64,000 nucleotides of DNA. Source: an uncultured Deferribacteres bacterium (GTDB taxonomy: Bacteria; Zhuqueibacterota; JdFR-76; DREG01). Each line of letters starts with the position of its first letter. The stretch's first letter is position 1. Under the pieces are notes generated by a model. That model saw only the letters and a list, made by a program, of their open reading frames with translations. It was not told where the DNA came from and ran no database searches. Below are positions 60,367 through 64,000 of the stretch, in pieces. The stretch is taken from assembly GCA_964464595.1 (NCBI GenBank), contig CAYXGW010000003.1, forward strand, positions 20,964 to 84,963. The letters run 5' to 3'. A program made the position numbers and the translations under genes.

Positions 60367-62940
60367 ATGAAGTGGATCTCTTACATCATTCTATTGCAGA
60401 TCGGAGGTTCTTTATCTGCGCAAACGCCCCCTGATACATTACGCAATTATACATATACGGAACAACCGGATATCGATACTACAATTGATTATCGTGCGCA
60501 TAATGTCAATATTGAAGGAGCTTCCCAAATAACTCGCTTGTCTGGCAACGCTGAAGTAAAGTACCAAGGGATGCAATTAAATGCTGGATTAATAACAATC
60601 GATTGGAAGCTGAACACCCTTATTGCCGAACCGATGTTGGACACAGTTGCTACCGCGGGCAAAAATGGCGGTGAACCGAAATGGGTCGGCTACCCGGTAT
60701 TTATTGAGAATGGCCAGGAAATGGTAGGCGAAAAGATCGTCTATAATTTCATCACCCAAAAGGGTCGGGTCACAAAAGGGCGTACTAAATTTGAAGAGGG
60801 GTACTATATCGGATCAACAGTGAAAATTAATACGAAAGATGAAATTTTTGTGAAGGGTGGAAAATTTAGTACCTGCAGTTTACCGGATCCGCACTTTTAT
60901 TTTAAAAGTAATAAGATGAAAATGATTCCTCAAGATCGGGTGATTGCGAAGCCGATCGTGCTGTATATTCGTGGAATTCCCCTGATGGCTTTGCCATATG
61001 GTGTCTTTCCGAATAACAAAGGCAGGCACTCAGGAATATTGGTTCCCCGTTATGGCCAGAGTTCTTTTGAGGGAAGATATCTTCGTGGACTTGGTTATTA
61101 CTGGGCTGCAAGCCAGTACTGGGATACAAGAATAGAATTAGATTTTTTTGAAAAAACCGGTATCATGGTGCATTCAACCACAAATTATGCTCTGCGCTAT
61201 TTGTTAAATGGGTCCATATCAGGATCGATTGTACGTAAGAATTTTGGTACACAAAAGGAGCGGCGCTGGGACGTTAGTTTCAGACACTCTCAAACGATTT
61301 CGCCAACAATGAGAATCAGTGCCGGTGGTTCTTTTGTGAGTGATGCGAGTTACTATCAGGACTTCAGTGCTAATCGCGAGCAAAGACTTACAAGACAAAT
61401 TCGCTCGAATGCAACCTTAACCAAGAGTTGGCCTAAGAGCCGAAACAGCCTGACGGTTAATTTATCCCGCAGCCAATTTCTAGACACAAATAATTTCACC
61501 GAAACGTTTCCCCAGGTAAATTTTCGACATGGCCAAGAACCTCTGGTCAATTTATTTCGGTCAAAGAAGAATTCATCAAGCCCTTCAAGTGAAAAGAGAT
61601 GGTTTGAAAACATTTATTTTTCCTACAACAACCAGATGATAAACCGGCGGTCAAAAACTCGCTCAATTAAAGAGAGTACTATCGTTCAAACCGATACCTC
61701 GTTTACTCAGAACGACACTACCTTTAATATCGACAAATTCGCTGGAGTTGAGCATAACCTCAGTTTTTCTGCGCCATTACGATTGTTTAAGTATTTCTCA
61801 TTTTCTCAAAATCTCAGGTATGAAGAGATCTGGCAAGATCGTAAAAAAGAGTATTTTTTGGATGAAGAAACCAATACAATAAACTCTCGTGAAGAAAATG
61901 GATTTTCAGTCAGGCGAACATTTAGTACTAGTATTAGCGCAAACACCAAGTTATATGGTATGTTCCAAACCAGTAAGTGGGGAGGTGTTTCGATTCGACA
62001 TGTTATGACCCCCAATATTTCCTTTCAATTTCAACCTGATTTTTCCAATCCGGATTATGGTTATTACCAGGAAGTTCAGGATTCATCTGGCAATATTGTC
62101 AGGAAAGACCGGTTTAGCGGCAGCTTCTTTGGTTCAACACCATTTTTTGGACAGAAAAGTATTGCATTGAGTTTGCATAATTTATTTCAAATGAAAACCG
62201 GAAGCGGAGAAAATGAAAAGAAATTTGATTTATTTAGCTATAGTTTATCCACGAGTCACAATTTCAAATTAGACTCTTTGAATTGGTCTGGTATTTCATC
62301 CAATCTCAGGGTAAGTCCCAGCCGAATATTTAATTTAACATTAAGCATGGGGCACACACTCTACAAATATGAAATGAATGGCCAGGTCAATAAATTCTTG
62401 TATAAAGAAAACCCCTGGAAACCGGTGCGATTAACGAATATTAATATTTCCTCTTCCTTAAGATTGGATAATAAAACATTTGGTTCTGGCAAACGAGAAA
62501 CGACAACAACAGTAGATTCCGTTGCAGGGGATTTGCTGGATCGAACACAACCCACTAGAAACCGCTTTGAAAATGCAGGGGAGATCCGCCTAGCAGGAAA
62601 AATACCATGGCAGGCTAATTTTTCTTTCAGCTATCAAGTGTCAAAGTTCAATCCGAACGTTTCCTCAAAAACAATTTGGCTGAATATGCGCGGTAACATG
62701 CAGTTGACAAAAAATTGGCGCATAAATTATAATGCAAGATATGATCTTAAAAAACAGATTATGGTTGCCCAGGATATATCCATTTATCGAGATTTGCACT
62801 GTTGGGAGGCGAGTTTTTCATGGACACCAACTGGACCCTACAAGCGATTTTACTTCAAGATTAATATCAAGGCCAGTTTATTGAGTGATATTAAATTAGA
62901 AAAGCGCAGCGGCCGCTCGACGATTTATGGTTACCAATGA
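60367..62940 (+). CDS. LptD/OstA-like outer-membrane LPS-assembly protein
   Basis: 857 aa. Signal peptide. N-terminal OstA-like beta-jellyroll region (NVNIEGASQITRLSGNAEVKYQGMQLNAGLITIDW). Long C-terminal beta-strand-rich barrel. Assignment by architecture only. Confidence 0.55.
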   Translation: MKWISYIILLQIGGSLSAQTPPDTLRNYTYTEQPDIDTTIDYRAHNVNIEGASQITRLSGNAEVKYQGMQLNAGLITIDWKLNTLIAEPMLDTVATAGKNGGEPKWVGYPVFIENGQEMVGEKIVYNFITQKGRVTKGRTKFEEGYYIGSTVKINTKDEIFVKGGKFSTCSLPDPHFYFKSNKMKMIPQDRVIAKPIVLYIRGIPLMALPYGVFPNNKGRHSGILVPRYGQSSFEGRYLRGLGYYWAASQYWDTRIELDFFEKTGIMVHSTTNYALRYLLNGSISGSIVRKNFGTQKERRWDVSFRHSQTISPTMRISAGGSFVSDASYYQDFSANREQRLTRQIRSNATLTKSWPKSRNSLTVNLSRSQFLDTNNFTETFPQVNFRHGQEPLVNLFRSKKNSSSPSSEKRWFENIYFSYNNQMINRRSKTRSIKESTIVQTDTSFTQNDTTFNIDKFAGVEHNLSFSAPLRLFKYFSFSQNLRYEEIWQDRKKEYFLDEETNTINSREENGFSVRRTFSTSISANTKLYGMFQTSKWGGVSIRHVMTPNISFQFQPDFSNPDYGYYQEVQDSSGNIVRKDRFSGSFFGSTPFFGQKSIALSLHNLFQMKTGSGENEKKFDLFSYSLSTSHNFKLDSLNWSGISSNLRVSPSRIFNLTLSMGHTLYKYEMNGQVNKFLYKENPWKPVRLTNINISSSLRLDNKTFGSGKRETTTTVDSVAGDLLDRTQPTRNRFENAGEIRLAGKIPWQANFSFSYQVSKFNPNVSSKTIWLNMRGNMQLTKNWRINYNARYDLKKQIMVAQDISIYRDLHCWEASFSWTPTGPYKRFYFKINIKASLLSDIKLEKRSGRSTIYGYQ

Positions 62941-63127
62941 TCGAAGTTTTTGTGAAAGCACTTTTAACTGCGGATTAACGGACTATCACAGATCAAAAAA
63001 ATCGATAAATGTCATTTAGGAGGATGTGTTCTCAGCCCGTCGAAGGGAATAAATTATTAACATCATGAAAGCTGCTATTTTTTAACAATCTGCTTGCAGA
63101 AAAACATCATAGAATACCAGCTTGTAA

Positions 63128-63730
63128 CTACCTCCCCGAACCCTGCCGTATATGATGGACGTAACCCTTTTCTTTTAAAATCCTTTTCAATATTTCCCGG
63201 GCTCGGAAAATTCTAGCTTTAACAGTTCCAATTGGAATTTCCAGAGTTTCACTAATTTCTTCGTAAGATTTATCATCCCGATGCCGCATGTTAATAACGG
63301 TTTTATATTTTCCAGGTAAATCTTCCACGGCATCTAAAATGATAGAAGTATGTTCGCTAGCGATTGTAAAGCTTTCGGGGCTATAGCTATCATCGGGATA
63401 ATCTCGCTGCACGGCGCCATCCTTTGTTTGGATAGGCGTATCAAGAGAATATGTGCGGAGTTTCTTCTTCCTTAATGTGTCGATGCAATGATTTGTCGCT
63501 ATTTTAAACAACCAGGTAGAAAAAGCAAATTCTTCGTTAAAGGATGCCAACGCATTATAGGCTTTGATAAATGTTTCTTGAACAATATCTTCGGTAACTT
63601 GCGGGTTTTCGATCATTCGGTAAACCAGATTGTAAACGCTTTGACGATATCTTTTCATGAGCTCGTCATATGCATGATCTTCGCCAGCCAGCACTCTATG
63701 AATTAATAGTCGATCAATTTCCTGAATCAA
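63128..63730 (-). CDS. ECF-type RNA polymerase sigma factor (sigma-24/RpoE-like)
   Basis: 200 aa. Sigma70 region 2 (YRQSVYNLVYRMIENPQVTEDIVQETFIKAYNAL) and region 4 HTH (YEEISETLEIPIGTVKARIFRAREIL). Confidence 0.85.
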   Translation of the reverse strand: MIQEIDRLLIHRVLAGEDHAYDELMKRYRQSVYNLVYRMIENPQVTEDIVQETFIKAYNALASFNEEFAFSTWLFKIATNHCIDTLRKKKLRTYSLDTPIQTKDGAVQRDYPDDSYSPESFTIASEHTSIILDAVEDLPGKYKTVINMRHRDDKSYEEISETLEIPIGTVKARIFRAREILKRILKEKGYVHHIRQGSGR

Positions 63731-63867
63731 AACACACTCAATTGAATGATAATAATTCCATTAAAGTAAAGTATATTCATGATTATATCAAGCGTATTAT
63801 AGCAAATTACTTGCATAAACTGAGCTTTTGTCTTATCCTTTTTTTACGAATTCCTAATGGAGATATA

Positions 63868-64000
63868 TTGAAGGCTATTGGAGTTGATATAATAGAAATT
63901 GAACGAATTCAGCTGATGACCAATAAATATGGTCTGCGTTTTTTGCGTAAGATTTTTACAGAACGAGAATTGGATTACTGCAGGCTTTCCGATGGTAGCT
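63868..64000 (+). CDS. acpS: Holo-[acyl-carrier-protein] synthase AcpS (5-prime partial, runs off window end)
   Basis: Not in the ORF track. Manual translation from TTG 63868 gives (M)KAIGVDIIEIERIQLMTNKYGLRFLRKIFTERELDYC.., matching the AcpS N-terminus (IGIDIVEI.RI .. FT..E..Y). GGAG at 63859-63862 as SD. Confidence 0.55.
   Translation, partial: MKAIGVDIIEIERIQLMTNKYGLRFLRKIFTERELDYCRLSDGS

Overview
This window is the chromosomal replication-origin region of a diderm (Gram-negative-type) bacterium. It is moderately AT-rich and uses clear Shine-Dalgarno sites (GGAGG 5-8 nt upstream of starts).

Every gene on the left (34..16457) is on the minus strand: DUF4159-like, DUF456-like, three SurA/PpiD-type parvulin chaperones, mfd, murQ, rsmG, mnmG, mnmE, yidC, yidD, rnpA and rpmH. 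Nearly every gene on the right is on the plus strand: dnaA, dnaN, recF, a DUF721/DciA-like ORF, gyrB, gyrA, bioY, a MurK-like kinase, anmK, an M23 peptidase, holB, metG, tatD, rsmA, mgtE, recO, glyQS, a TSP3-OmpA protein, pcd, lat, rsmI, a CDP-alcohol phosphatidyltransferase, inositol-3-phosphate synthase, a MATE transporter, tmk, an S41 protease, ppdK, an MtnX-like phosphatase, rarA, a ROK kinase, an LptD-like protein and partial acpS. This is the classic strand switch at oriC.

DnaA-box clusters and a highly AT-rich unwinding element flank dnaA, giving a bipartite origin (16458..16783 and 18146..18742). That includes a perfect TTATCCACA box and three copies of an 11-mer, TATGTTGATAA.

I found no rRNA, tRNA, CRISPR array, transposase, integrase or phage gene. 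I do not see a clearly novel multi-gene defence or mobile system. Most of the window is conserved housekeeping.

The more unusual items are:
- an outer-membrane beta-barrel protein fused to a coiled coil and a TPR (CpoB/YbgF-like) domain, divergent from a TSP3-repeat OmpA/Pal-like gene;
- a pcd-lat lysine catabolic operon with a long leader and a sigma70-type promoter;
- an inositol-phospholipid gene pair (CDP-alcohol phosphatidyltransferase plus MIPS);
- a MurNAc-recycling set split into murQ at the origin and a MurK-like kinase/anmK/M23 cluster about 20 kb away;
- an orphan MtnX-like HAD phosphatase translationally coupled to a small acidic coiled-coil protein;
- a patatin-POTRA-Omp85 fusion;
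- a triple array of SurA-like paralogs.

All calls come from reading the translated ORFs and the DNA by eye against remembered family motifs. No database search was run.
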